A DNA stretch of 64,000 nt from an uncultured Verrucomicrobiae bacterium. Lineage in GTDB: Bacteria; Verrucomicrobiota; Verrucomicrobiia; Chthoniobacterales; UBA10450. The stretch covers positions 160,001 through 224,000 of the forward strand of contig CAVYXA010000001.1 in assembly GCA_963772365.1 (NCBI GenBank). The letters are read 5' to 3'. Within the stretch, counting starts at the first letter, position 1. Each line of letters opens with the position of its first letter. Shown in pieces: positions 21,301 to 31,171 of the stretch. The translations under genes were made by a program, and so were the position numbers. The notes beneath the pieces were generated by a model that saw only the letters and a list, made by a program, of their open reading frames with translations, was not told the DNA's origin and searched no databases.

Positions 21301-21710
21301 CGAGTGGTATTTTTGACGGCCAGGGTGCAAATAATCCCCAGCCGCTGTCCAGTGCGCCTCCATTTAATGATCCACCAGGCGGCGAATCGACAACTGCCGG
21401 GGCCCAGAGCACTCATAATGGAAGCATTCCGCGAATTGTCGCTCGACACGGTGGAGATGGCTCGGTTCAAGATGGCGCCGCAAAAGGCGATGCATTGCAC
21501 GTTCGCAACAGCGACGAATTACTCGCTCTGCTGGATGATGCCGCTCCAAATCATGCCGGGAAAATTGTGGTCCCCCGTGGGAGAAACGCCGCCGGCTCGA
21601 AAAATCGGAATGGCCTGAACGAAGTTCGAGTGGAGAAAAGAACGCAACTCGATCGCGATCTTCAACGCCTGCGCGACCGACGACAACCGCACGTTGTCAT
21701 GGCGCAATAA
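18397..21710 (+). CDS. Paralogous large FecR / beta-helix exported protein, about 1100 aa, split by one frameshift near 20665
   Basis: ORF 18397-20691 matches the N-terminal part of the 14373 protein and ORF 20700-21710 matches its C-terminal part. The alternative frame reads GGAGGVINGMALIDIG across the junction. Confidence 0.85.
19147..19300 (+). repeat. Thr/Pro tandem linker (TPTPSATPTPTVTPTATPSA...)
   Basis: Low-complexity coding repeat, roughly twice as long as the equivalent linker in the 14373 paralog. Confidence 0.8.
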
Positions 21711-21715
21711 CTTCC

Positions 21716-22684
21716 ATGCGATATCAATCGCCGGTTGATTTTCAGTTAATTTGCGCGCTGCTCCTTGCTCCTTGGATCATTGTGGCGCAGACAAGCTTCG
21801 CGCAGACTGTTCAAACCGATCAACGCGAGTTGGTGCGAGGACAGGCGCCGTCGCCCTTTGCTCCCAATGTTCCGCCTGCCGGCACGGAAGCGGGGAATGC
21901 GGAGCCGATCGCGAGTGATGTCGATCTGGGCGAACAACAAATCTTAAAACGAGTCGAGGAATATCAACCGTTTACGGCATCGGTCGGCGTGCCGTTTTAC
22001 TGGACCTCAAATGTGGCTCTCACCTCCAGTGGCGAACAGGATGATTTCGTTGTGGCCCCGGCCGCGGCGGTGTTTTACGAGCCCCGAGTAAATCAAAACC
22101 TCTATGAGTTCCTCGGCGTTCGTCAGCAGTTTTTTTATTACGATCGGTTTGATTACTTTAATTTTGGCAGCTTCGACCTCGAAGTCGGCTTTCGATACCT
22201 AATCCCACACTGCCATAATCTGGTTTTGCGTTTTGAGTACCGATTTCAATCGGCTCACTGAAAAGGACAGCGCCGAAGCGTTTTATTCGGATCATCTCTT
22301 CATCGCCAATGCGGAAATTCCAATTCGCATTGGCCGCGCCCAAGCAGATCACTATTGGGAGTCAACGAAATTATCAGCGCCGCGGCTTGTCCGGAGACCC
22401 CGCGTCGCAACGATTACGAAGTGTACGCCGGTTACATTCGCAAATGTAAGTCGCGGGCTTTTAGCGTCAATGTGGCGGGCGCATTGTCCTGCGCGATTAT
22501 TACCACGAGGATTCGCGTGTCGATGTTAGCGAAATTCTTGCCTTGGGCGCGAACTATCGGGTAACGAGATATTTCACAGCCAGTGCCGTCGCTACTCTTG
22601 CCTCAAGCCGATCGAATCACAGCGTATTCGATTACGACGTGGCGAATTTGGGCGGCGTTGTATCCTTTTGCGATGCGATTCTAA
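21716..22684 (+). CDS. Outer-membrane beta-barrel protein, several frameshifts after about 22240
   Basis: Signal peptide; aromatic alternating strands (FTASVGVPFYWTSNV, FFYYDRF, YEVYAGY); the last fragment ends ...MRF-stop with a terminal Phe. Confidence 0.7.
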
Positions 22685-22844
22685 TCTCGAGGTAGAGATT
22701 GGCGGGTGATACAGTAAGGGCGCGTCTTTCAGTCTTTCCGTTGCTCTTCCACGTGGGAGAGACGGACGGACAGCGCCAGTGAGGGCAAAGGACTGGGTTT
22801 GGGAGAGGCAGATAGGGCGGGCAATACGCTGGAGCATCCGTGAG

Positions 22845-23767
22845 CTACTCGCGCCGCTCTCGTCGAGATATCCAGCGCCGAGCGACCAGTAGCGACGCGA
22901 GAGTCGCGAATGGTATGGGATCGAACGGCGCAGGGGGAAGATCGACAATTCCATTCCCGTCCATGCGTGCAGGTTGTCCACATAACGCCCATGCCTCGGC
23001 GCCGAAATCTTTCCGCAAATGCCTTCCATTCGACGTGGCAGATCACTCTTCGAAATTGGAATACCGTGACCACAACCAATAACGTTAGGCCGTAATTTGC
23101 GCGAGTGCGATCGATCGAGGAGCGCGCCGCATCCCAATCCAGGGTGAACGGTGCGGGCGGACGGTGACAATTGTTGCCGTCCGGTGAACAATCCCGCTCC
23201 ACGAATCCATATCTACCGATGGCAATTGCATCGCCAGCAATAAGGACTCCATCGGAAGGCCTGAAAAAATGAAATGTGACCGGGCGAATGACCGGGAGAT
23301 TCGGATCGATTCCCAGCCGGTCAGGCCGGGCAGTTCTCCATCCGGCAATTCTCGAACCGTTTCCCAAATCACTCGGGCGCGAGGGAGAAAACGCGACAGA
23401 AAAGCGAGAGCACCGCCCACGGTCGGATCGGCGGAGGATAATTCGATTTGCCGGTGAGATAGGGCAATTCCAGCCGATGAGCGTAGATCGTCACGTCCCA
23501 TTGTTCTGCTAATTCAATGCTGAGCCGGCATGATCCGAGTGACCATGCGTCAAAAAATAGCCTCCGGCCGTGAACCGTCGCCAAAGTGTGCTTCCGCTGC
23601 TTCAACAATCTCCATTGCCCGACCAGGAAAACCGGCATCGACCAAGTACCCATTTTCCGCCGGGTCGTCCGAGAAAATAAACATTGGCAAAGCTCACTGG
23701 CAGCCAGCCCACTTCCGGAGCGATGTCCGCATTGATCTCGTCCTTTCCGTCGGCCACTGATTTTCAT
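22845..23767 (-). CDS. MBL-fold metallo-hydrolase, multiply frameshifted
   Basis: Stitched fragments give WVLVDAG, FLTHGHSDHAGS (HxHxDH), LELPYLTG, PGHSPGH, LIAGDA and GCGHG. Confidence 0.8.
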
Positions 23768-24441
23768 GGGATGAACAAGCTTTGCCCGACCTTCAATTTC
23801 TCGGGATCGTCGATGTTTTTTTGTTAGCATCGAGAATCGCTTTCCAGTGAGGCGGCGTCTTGTAAAATTTTCGCGAGATCGATGCCAGCGTGTCTCCCGA
23901 TCGGCACGATGTAGGTCTGTCCTCCAGCTTTTTTAAAGCCTCCTGGCCGAATCGGACGGCGCCTGATTTTCTGGCACGCCCCGCGACGCGAGTTGAACGT
24001 TCTTCCAATTCCTTGCGCAACGCCAGATTCTCGTTTCGCAAGCGCGCGGCCTCGGCACGCGTGAGGACCGAATCGCCCGACAAGTCGTGAGCAACATCAC
24101 CTCATCGTGTTTCATGAGATGTTTCACCTCGTTTGCATGAGGGCCATCGGGACTAACGACGAGATAACGTTTGAAGTGATGCAGCGCATTGAGCGGATCT
24201 TTCATTTTGTCGTCATACACATCCGCCAGCTTATAATGAACTTCCGCGCAATGCGGGCTGTCGTCCAAGCGCCGCTTCATACAGATTGATCGCCCGCAAA
24301 AAATCACCCTGCGATGATTTTGCGATTGGCGTCTTTGACGAGTTGCGCATGCCGCGATGTCATCATGCGATTGCATCCAGCGAACAGCCCAGGCAGAATA
24401 AAACCCAGAGCGAAGATCGACAACTTGTCAGCGCGGTTCAT
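23764..24441 (-). CDS. Lipoprotein with TPR, coiled-coil and C-terminal LysM domain, multiply frameshifted
   Basis: Lipobox LFAG-C; AEVHYKLADVYDD...ALHHFKRYL (TPR); GDTLASISRKFY...W..I.DANK...LKVGQSLFIP (LysM). The stop overlaps the next start as ATGA. Confidence 0.78.
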
Positions 24442-24459
24442 CTCGGCAATCTGCTCAAT

Positions 24460-25040
24460 TGTGAGACGTTACGCGCATTTCAATTTTTCGCGTGCCTCAT
24501 AGTCCTTTTTACAACGGGACATCGTCGATGGCCGCCAGTTCACCGTTGGCCAAGACTATCGGATCAAGTTCGTCGATCTCGATGGTAACACGATAGTCAC
24601 GAATGACGGCCACGTCAGCATCATTGTCCTGACCACTCGCCCGAATTGGCCGAAGACCAGGAGGTGGGAGATCGCGATTCCGGATTTTTATCTGGGTAAA
24701 CCCGATTATCGGTTGATCGCGGTCGTGGATTTTGGCGAACATAGCGCTCCCGTCCGTGCACTTGCTCAAAGCCGGTGCCCATTTTCGTCTGAACAGCTGC
24801 AGCACGACGAGCTCAGCCGCAGATATGATCGATAGAAAATATCTCGCGATCCGCGGTGAGAATATTTTCGCAGTCGCGGATTTTGACGGAACGGCGATCT
24901 CTCAATTTGGTTTTGAACTGGCGAGGGCTCTTTTCGGGTCTCTGTGTTCGATGGAAAAGGCGAACTGCGGGCGAAATGGAACGATGTGCCCGGGGCGCAG
25001 GAATGAGCTGCAAAAGCTCTCAAATCAGCCTCAATATCTC
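24460..25040 (+). CDS. Hypothetical exported protein, possibly thioredoxin-like fold, multiply frameshifted; boundaries approximate
   Basis: Stitched fragments: FQFFACLIVLF, YRIKFVDLDGNTI, YRLIAVVDF, IFAVADFDGTA and FDGKGELRAKWNDVP. Confidence 0.45.
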
Positions 25041-26160
25041 GGCACGCTGGGATCGATCTTTTCCGACCAAGCGTCGATCCCGCCCTCGAGATTGAAAACA
25101 TTCCCCAGATCCACGTTCGCGGAGTAATCGCACTGCGGCTGCGCTCCGTTGGCCGCTGTGACAATGGACAATGATCGGTTGATCCTTTTTGAATTCGTCG
25201 CGCGGTTGGCCGATCTCCCGAAGCGGGATCAGTTTCGCTCCATCGATCCTCGCGATCTCGTGTTCGAATGCTTCCCGCACATCGATCAACTGGAATGATT
25301 CGCCGCATCCATTCTTTCGTTTCAATTCATGAACTGAAATTGCCGGTATCGAATCCTGCTTGCGCGGAATTCCGCAGAAGATTTCGTAATCAATCGGCTC
25401 AAAATTGTCGGGCTGTCGCCGCAAACAGGACAGTCCGGATCCCGCCGCAGATTCAATTCGCGGAACTTCATTTTCAAAGCGTCGAAATGCAACAGCCGCC
25501 CGACTAGCGGTTCGCCTGCGCCGAGAACCAGTTTGATCGCCTCGATCGCCTGCGATCAAACCGATGATCCCCGGCAATACACCCAGCACGCCCGCTTCCG
25601 CGCAATTGGGAACGCTGCCCGGGTCTGGCGGCTCGGGAAAAAGACAGCGATAGCACGGACCGCCCAAGTGCGGCGCGAAAACAGTGGCCTGTCCTTCGAA
25701 GCGAAAACGGAGCCATAGACATTTGGCTTGCGGGCGAACACACACACGTCGCTCGACAAATACCGCGTCGGAAAGTTATCGGAACCATCGACACTCACGT
25801 CGTATTGCTCGACCAGGCCTGAGAGCGTTCTGGCTGGTGAACCGGCATTCATGCAGTTCGAGATCGATGTTGGGATTGAGATCGTGCAACCGATCGCGGG
25901 CCGATTCCAATTTGCTTCGCCCTACGTCTTTTGTTCCGTGAAGGATTTGCCGCTGCAAATTGGTAAGATCGACATCGTCGAAATCGACCAGCCCAATCGT
26001 GCCTATGCCCGCTGCTGCCAGATATAGTGCCGCAGGTGAGCCGAGCCCGCCCGCGCCGACGCAGAGAACGCGCGCCGCTTTCAAGCGGCCTTGGCCTTCC
26101 GATTCCGACTTCCGGCATGATCAGATGCCGCGAATAACGAATCCGTTCGTCATCCGTCAT
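25031..26160 (-). CDS. moeB: MoeB/MoeZ adenylyltransferase with C-terminal rhodanese domain, multiply frameshifted
   Basis: RYSRHLIMPEVG, VGAGGLGSPA, NLQRQILH, DGSDNFPTRY, CYRCLFPEPP, CAEAGVLG, IDVRE, HCHSGQRS and GGIDAW across several frames. Confidence 0.9.
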
Positions 26161-26448
26161 TGTGAGTTTACCAGGTTCCATTTGATTCCCACGATCCGCT
26201 TGTTCTCGAATCGCTTCAACGATTTTGGAAAAATCAGATAACTGGCTGCTTTCGTTTTCTTTAAAGCCAACAATCCCAAATTCCGTTCCACTATCGCTTT
26301 TCTGAATCGTCATTACGTGATGATTCCTGATCGCCGGTTGGAGATGTCGATCCTGCGCCGGTTTTTGCCAAAGTGTGTAAGCTTCCGGTTTGCCCGCTTT
26401 TTCAACGGCTTCACTGAATCGTGCTGTCTTAACCTTGAGAAGTTTCAC
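26157..26448 (-). CDS. Small hypothetical protein, one frameshift
   Basis: GTG start KLLKVKTARFSEAVEKAGKPEAYTLW; the other frame ends RIVGIKWNLVNSQ-stop, overlapping the moeB start. Confidence 0.6.
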
Positions 26449-26449
26449 T

Positions 26450-26516
26450 GGTAGGGACCGACCGCCGGGCGGTCCTGGATTCAGGTGTTCGGCGCGCCCG
26501 GCGGTCGTGCCCTACC
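26450..26516. repeat. REP-like palindromic pair (GTAG type)
   Basis: GGTAGGGACCGACCGCCGGGCG ... CGCCCGGCGGTCGTGCCCTACC. Confidence 0.7.
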
Positions 26517-26535
26517 AACAATCGCACTGCAAAAG

Positions 26536-26631
26536 TCCGCCAGGGAGCTACGGCAAGGAGGATCAAACTACCGTTGCTGCATTCCTGCCCTGGCGGGGTT
26601 CGTAAGTCCTCAATCCATAGCCCCTGACGGA
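26536..26631 (-). ncRNA. ffs: Small bacterial signal recognition particle RNA (4.5S)
   Basis: Minus strand reads GAACCCCGCCAGG-GCA-GGAA-TGC-AGCAACGGTAG, the domain IV CAGG/AGCA loop with a GGAA tetraloop. The closing stem is TCCGTCAGGGGCTATGG / CCGTAGCTCCCTGGCGGA. Confidence 0.9.
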
Positions 26632-26810
26632 AAGAAAGAGTCGCGCAACATCAACATCGTGCAAATGACGACAGAAATTTGGCGCCTCCGGCGCTTTTTT
26701 TACCAACGCGTTGCGGAGAACGCGTTGCACCTGCCATCGCAACGGTGGGATCGGCTTCTCCGATATGCCAGTCCGGCTCGGACCGATGCTAATCAATCGG
26801 CAAAGTCGCT

Positions 26811-27021
26811 CTAGCCGTAACGGCAGGTTCGACTTAATTCGCGCCACATCCGTTTCGTGAACAAGTGCGGCTTTCCCCAACTGCCGTTTCCGTTTCGCAC
26901 GCTTGGAAGAAAGCAGATGCCGGCGCGAAGAATGCGCTCGTAAAACCTTGCCGCCCGCCGTGATCTTGAATCGTTTGGCAACGGCTTTTCTCGTTTTACT
27001 GCGGGCAATTGCTTTCGGCAT
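26811..27021 (-). CDS. rpmI: 50S ribosomal protein L35
   Basis: MPKAIARSKTRKAVAKRFKITAGGKV...HLLSSKRAKRKRQL. One extra base near 26820 hides the expected LPYG-stop. Confidence 0.93.
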
Positions 27022-27147
27022 AGGGCGACAAAGATAGCACAGTTAGTGATTTGGCGAATTAAAGATTTCCCGATTAGACGGGGTGATTGAATGTAAGGAC
27101 GAATGCAGGCAAGAAATCGTTGAATTACTAAATCATTCAGTCGTTAA

Positions 27148-28419
27148 ATGAACACACGACCTCATGTCGTTATCGTGGGTGCTGGATTCGGCGGGCTTGA
27201 GGCCGCGAAAAAGCTCGCCTGCGAGGATGTCGATCTAACCATCATCGACCGGACTAATTATCACCTATTCCAGCCATTGCTTTATCAAGTGGCGACCGCT
27301 GCCCTATCGCCAGCCGATATCGCCGCGCCGATCCGGGCCGTGCTAAGCAAATGTAAAAATCTCGAGGTCGTTCTGGCTGAGGTCCAATCAGTCGATGTAG
27401 AGACGCGAAAATTGAAAATCGCCGATGGCGGCGAAGTCAGTTACGATTTCTTGATCCTTGCCACCGGCGCGCGGCATTCCTATTTCGGTCACAATGAATG
27501 GGAAAAAGTCGCACCCGGATTAAAAAGTCTCGAGGACGCGATCGAAATCCGCCGTCGTTTGCTCATGGCATTCGAATATGCAGAGAGAATCAAAGACGAA
27601 GCTGCGCGGAAAGCGGCGATGACTTTCGTAATAATTGGCGGCGGACCGACCGGAGTCGAATTAGCTGGCGCCATTGCCGAGATCGCCCGACACACTTTGG
27701 CGAAGGATTTTCGTCACATCGATCCATCACAGGCGCGAGTCATACTTGTCGAAGGCGAACCGCTCGTGCTCGCAGCTTATCCGGAAGATTTGCGGATCAG
27801 AGCAATGAAACAACTCGCGGATCTTGGCGTCGAAGTGCGGACTGGAATTCACGCTACGAATCTCACCGAGGCCGGTTTGCAGGTGGGTGACGAGTTTATT
27901 CCATGCCGGGTGAAAATTTGGGCAGCGGGCAATAACGCGTCATTTCTCGGCAAGACTCTCGGTGTGCCGGTTGACCGCGTCGGTCGGGTCGTAGTGAACG
28001 ACGACCTGACCATCCCCGGTCATCCTGAAGTGCAGGTCATCGGCGATCTGGCGAATTTTTCACATCAAACCGGGCAACCTCTCCCCGGGGTTTCGCCGGT
28101 GGCGATGCAACAAGGTCGTCATGCAGCGCAGAATGTTATGACGATCATCAGAGGCAACCCGCCAGAGCCATTCAGTTATTTCGACAAAGGCAGCATGGCC
28201 ACCATTGGCCGAAACAAAGCCGTCGCTGATTTGCGGTTCATTCATCTGAGCGGCCTGCTCGCCTGGTTAGCTTGGCTTTTTGTGCACATCATTTTCCTGG
28301 TCGGATTTCGGAACCGGCTGGCCGTGCTGTTTCAATGGGCCTGGGCTTATTTTTCCTTCAGCAAAGGAGCCCGCCTGATCACGCGCAATTTTCAGGCCGA
28401 ACATAGACCGCCGATGTAA
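27148..28419 (+). CDS. ndh: Type II NADH dehydrogenase family FAD-dependent oxidoreductase
   Basis: GAGFGG, FQPLLYQVAT, GGGPTGVELAG, WAAG, AMQQG and DKGSMATIGR motifs. Confidence 0.92.
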   Translation: MNTRPHVVIVGAGFGGLEAAKKLACEDVDLTIIDRTNYHLFQPLLYQVATAALSPADIAAPIRAVLSKCKNLEVVLAEVQSVDVETRKLKIADGGEVSYDFLILATGARHSYFGHNEWEKVAPGLKSLEDAIEIRRRLLMAFEYAERIKDEAARKAAMTFVIIGGGPTGVELAGAIAEIARHTLAKDFRHIDPSQARVILVEGEPLVLAAYPEDLRIRAMKQLADLGVEVRTGIHATNLTEAGLQVGDEFIPCRVKIWAAGNNASFLGKTLGVPVDRVGRVVVNDDLTIPGHPEVQVIGDLANFSHQTGQPLPGVSPVAMQQGRHAAQNVMTIIRGNPPEPFSYFDKGSMATIGRNKAVADLRFIHLSGLLAWLAWLFVHIIFLVGFRNRLAVLFQWAWAYFSFSKGARLITRNFQAEHRPPM

Positions 28420-28421
28420 GC

Positions 28422-28515
28422 TTGTCATGTTGAGCGAAGCGAAACATCTCTCGCTTTTGTTTTCGCTTGGCGGACGAAAATGAAGTGAGATTCTTCGCTG
28501 CGCTCAGAATGACAA
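28422..28515. repeat. Intergenic palindromic repeat, GTCATnnTGAGCGAAGCGAA family
   Basis: TTGTCATGTTGAGCGAAGCGAAACATCTC ... GAGATTCTTCGCTGCGCTCAGAATGACAA; a related copy lies at 30986-31090. Confidence 0.75.
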
Positions 28516-28970
28516 TCGATACATTGGTCGGTAAAATCCGTGTCCGAAATCTTCAGCGAACCATTCGGGTAAAGATTGTCGATCTTGGAAAGTTCGCCGA
28601 TCGCGCGCTGGAACAGTGCCTGAAGTTGCTGCCACCAGGGCCGAGCAGGCTAAAGCAATTGACGGAAGTTTTCGTGCTGCTGATTTCCGACCGCCGAATG
28701 GCACGATTGCATCGACAATTCCGCTACGAGCCTGTCCCCACCGATGTGCTGACGTTCGACCACGGCGAAATTTTCATCAGCGTTGAAACAGCGCGGCGAA
28801 ATGCCCGCCGATTCGGAACCTCGACCATTCAGGAAGTTCGGTTGTACATGGTACATGGCTTGCTTCACCTGCATGGATTCGACGATCGGACCAAATCCGG
28901 CGCTCAAAAAATGGAGCAGCAACAGAAAAAGATTCTGCTCGAAATCGGGCGGCTGGAGGGTTTGAACTGA
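28509..28970 (+). CDS. ybeY: rRNA maturation endoribonuclease YbeY (start uncertain)
   Basis: PTDVLTF, GEIFIS and VHGLLHLHGFDD motifs. Confidence 0.92.
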   Translation: MTIDTLVGKIRVRNLQRTIRVKIVDLGKFADRALEQCLKLLPPGPSRLKQLTEVFVLLISDRRMARLHRQFRYEPVPTDVLTFDHGEIFISVETARRNARRFGTSTIQEVRLYMVHGLLHLHGFDDRTKSGAQKMEQQQKKILLEIGRLEGLN

Positions 28971-29017
28971 ATGCCGCGTATGTTAGCCTTCTCCTGATGA
29001 CTGGCGAGCGACGGTTG

Positions 29018-29338
29018 ATGGCGCAGCAAGTTGTAGCCGATGCCGGCACCGAAACGATTGAGCAACCCGGCACGATCCAGGAAACGCGCTCGAAGGAAGA
29101 GCTCGATTCTCCCTGGCTGGTCGTCGTTCATAACGATCCGGTAAATCTGATGACTTACGTGACGATGGTTTTTCAGCGAGTATTTGGTTATCCCCGGGAA
29201 AAAGCCGAGCACCACATGCTGGAAGTGCATAACAACGGCCGCTCGGTTTTGTGGAGTGGAATGCGCGAGCGGGCCGAGCTTTACGTGCAGCAGTTACATG
29301 GGTATCTCCTGCTCGCCACTCTGGAGAAGGCGGCTTGA
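29018..29338 (+). CDS. clpS: ATP-dependent Clp protease adaptor ClpS
   Basis: VVVHNDPVNLMTYV...MLEVHNNGRS...ERAE motifs. Confidence 0.93.
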   Translation: MAQQVVADAGTETIEQPGTIQETRSKEELDSPWLVVVHNDPVNLMTYVTMVFQRVFGYPREKAEHHMLEVHNNGRSVLWSGMRERAELYVQQLHGYLLLATLEKAA

Positions 29339-29339
29339 T

Positions 29340-29852
29340 ATGGAGATTTGCCGGCGAGACGATAGTATCGAAATATCCGATCTCGATCCCTTCCTGGCCG
29401 AGCTACTTCGCCAGATACCGACCAGCGCCGATCCGCAGGGCGTCCCGGCGGCGGAAAAACGTCTCTTTAGTCGTCCGGCCGATTCTGCTGAAAAAGAGGC
29501 TTGCAAGGAGTGGAAAATATACGTCGAACCCGAGTTGCGACGCCTTTTTCGATCCGCGACCGAAACAGTAGCAGCGGACTTAAAACAGCTTGGAGGCGAT
29601 GAAAAGAAATTTACGAATCGCACCCTGCGCATTCCGAAAAAAAATGCCGATGCCTGGTTGAATGCGCTGAATCAGGCGCGCCTCGCTCTGGCGGCGAAAT
29701 ATGAGTTCACCGACGGCGAATTGTGCGATCACTACCGCTCACCGGTCGCGTCCCGACGCGATCTAAGTTTGTTTCAGGTGAATTTCTACGGCTTTATCCA
29801 GGAATTTATCTTGCGCAGCGTCTACGGCGACGAGACGGAAACCGAACAATAA
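29340..29852 (+). CDS. DUF2017-like protein
   Basis: Directly after clpS; motifs RLFSRP, W..YV.PEL and AWLNALNQARLALA. Confidence 0.75.
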   Translation: MEICRRDDSIEISDLDPFLAELLRQIPTSADPQGVPAAEKRLFSRPADSAEKEACKEWKIYVEPELRRLFRSATETVAADLKQLGGDEKKFTNRTLRIPKKNADAWLNALNQARLALAAKYEFTDGELCDHYRSPVASRRDLSLFQVNFYGFIQEFILRSVYGDETETEQ

Positions 29853-29860
29853 ACCGCGGT

Positions 29861-29938
29861 TGTAGCGTCCGCTGTCCTCAGCGGAACTTTAGCCGCCAGT
29901 AACGCGGGAGGGATGCGCTCAGGAGAGCGCGCTCTACA
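29861..29938. repeat. REP-like palindromic pair (GTAG type) between convergent genes
   Basis: TGTAGCGTCCGCTGTCCTCAGCG ... CGCTCAGGAGAGCGCGCTCTACA. Confidence 0.55.
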
Positions 29939-29949
29939 CATTTCAACTT

Positions 29950-30186
29950 CTAGCTCTGTTTTCGTTCCCGCACCATGGCTATGAGGCGATCTTTAATCGC
30001 AGCCGAGGACTTTGCGGGTTGCAAACTCAGCGCAAATGCCTCATGCAAATTATAGCACTCCGTGATGAGGTTTTCGGCTTTCTTGCCGAATTTCCGGCGG
30101 GCCTTTTCAAATTCTCGAGCCTCCGCTGGCTCGAGCGCGCCGATGACATAGAGCCGGGCCTGCTTCTGAAATTCCTCAAAGCTCAT
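29950..30186 (-). CDS. Putative small soluble anti-sigma factor
   Basis: Overlaps the sigma gene 3' end; LYVIGALEPAEAREFE resembles the anti-sigma-domain helix. Confidence 0.7.
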   Translation of the reverse strand: MSFEEFQKQARLYVIGALEPAEAREFEKARRKFGKKAENLITECYNLHEAFALSLQPAKSSAAIKDRLIAMVRERKQS

Positions 30187-30919
30187 CTTTCAGCTCCTTG
30201 AGTCCGTCATAAATTTTTTTCAAACCTAGTTCAAGCCGCGTCTTGACTGTTCCTAATGGCGTATTCGTTTTTGCCGCGATTTCGCGCTGGCTCATGCCCT
30301 TAAAAAATGCCAGCTCAATGGCCTGCCGCTGGGCGGGCGGGATTCGGCCAATCATCTTTCGCACCAACGTGCGGGTATCGCTGAATTCGATCGCTTCGGC
30401 GGTTGTGTTCTGGACCCAGGCGTCGGGTTGTTGTTCGGTCTCAGCCTGCAATCGCTCTTCGGCCCGTTCGTAAGCCTGCTTTTTGCGCAAGCCATCAATC
30501 GCCCGGCGCCGGGCCAGAGTGACCATCCAGCCCAGCGGCTTACCTTTTTGCGGCGAAAAATTTTTCGCCTGGTTCCAGATTTCCATGAAAATCTCTTGCA
30601 GCAGATCGTCTGCCTCGGCTTCGTTGTGGACCACACGCAGAATCAGCGCTTTTAGAATTCCGTTATAACGATCATAAAGTTGGGAGAGCGCATCTGCGTC
30701 CTCTTTCTGAATGCCTAGCATCAAGTCGAGGTCGCTTGGTCCTTCCGTCTCCGGCTTGGAAACAATTGTCGATGATACCGGTGTCGCCGAGTTGCGCCCG
30801 GATCTGTTTGGTCCTGGGCGAGCGCGCATCGGGCGACGCTTTCGTAAAGCTTTTCCCGGTGTGACAATTTTCTTTCTTGCCCGAGACCGAGCGGTGGACG
30901 GGTGAGGCATCCGCCTCAT
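30176..30919 (-). CDS. ECF RNA polymerase sigma factor
   Basis: Region 2 (EADDLLQEIFMEIW, ARRRAIDGLR) and region 4 (MSQREIA...PLGTVKTRLELG). Confidence 0.93.
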   Translation of the reverse strand: MRRMPHPSTARSRARKKIVTPGKALRKRRPMRARPGPNRSGRNSATPVSSTIVSKPETEGPSDLDLMLGIQKEDADALSQLYDRYNGILKALILRVVHNEAEADDLLQEIFMEIWNQAKNFSPQKGKPLGWMVTLARRRAIDGLRKKQAYERAEERLQAETEQQPDAWVQNTTAEAIEFSDTRTLVRKMIGRIPPAQRQAIELAFFKGMSQREIAAKTNTPLGTVKTRLELGLKKIYDGLKELKDEL

Positions 30920-30985
30920 CTAGTCTGGCGCAGTAATTTCGTCCAACGCTTTCAATCGCTTATAGGGTTCGAAGCAAAGTTACAA

Positions 30986-31090
30986 CTGTCATTCTGAGCA
31001 AAGCGAAGAATCTCCATTCATTTCTGGAATACAATGCCCGGAAAAATAGAGGGAGATGTTTCTCCCGCGCCTGCGCGATTAACATGACAG
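30986..31090. repeat. Intergenic palindromic repeat, second copy of the GTCAT family
   Basis: CTGTCATTCTGAGCAAAGCGAAGAATCTC ... GAGATG...AACATGACAG. Confidence 0.65.
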
Positions 31091-31171
31091 GCCTAAAGAG
31101 CTGCCTGAATGTAATATTGATGTTTTGAATTTCCCTCGCGCTTGGATATTGGAGCTTGAGTCTTTTCAAAA

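Noticed and set aside
20700..21710. Separate 336-aa gene
   Set aside because: No signal peptide, and it aligns with the C-terminal part of the 14373 paralog; it is the frameshifted tail of 18397.
26563..27021. 152-aa extended L35 in the ORF track
   Set aside because: The extension comes from one extra base near 26820 and runs through repeat DNA into the SRP RNA.
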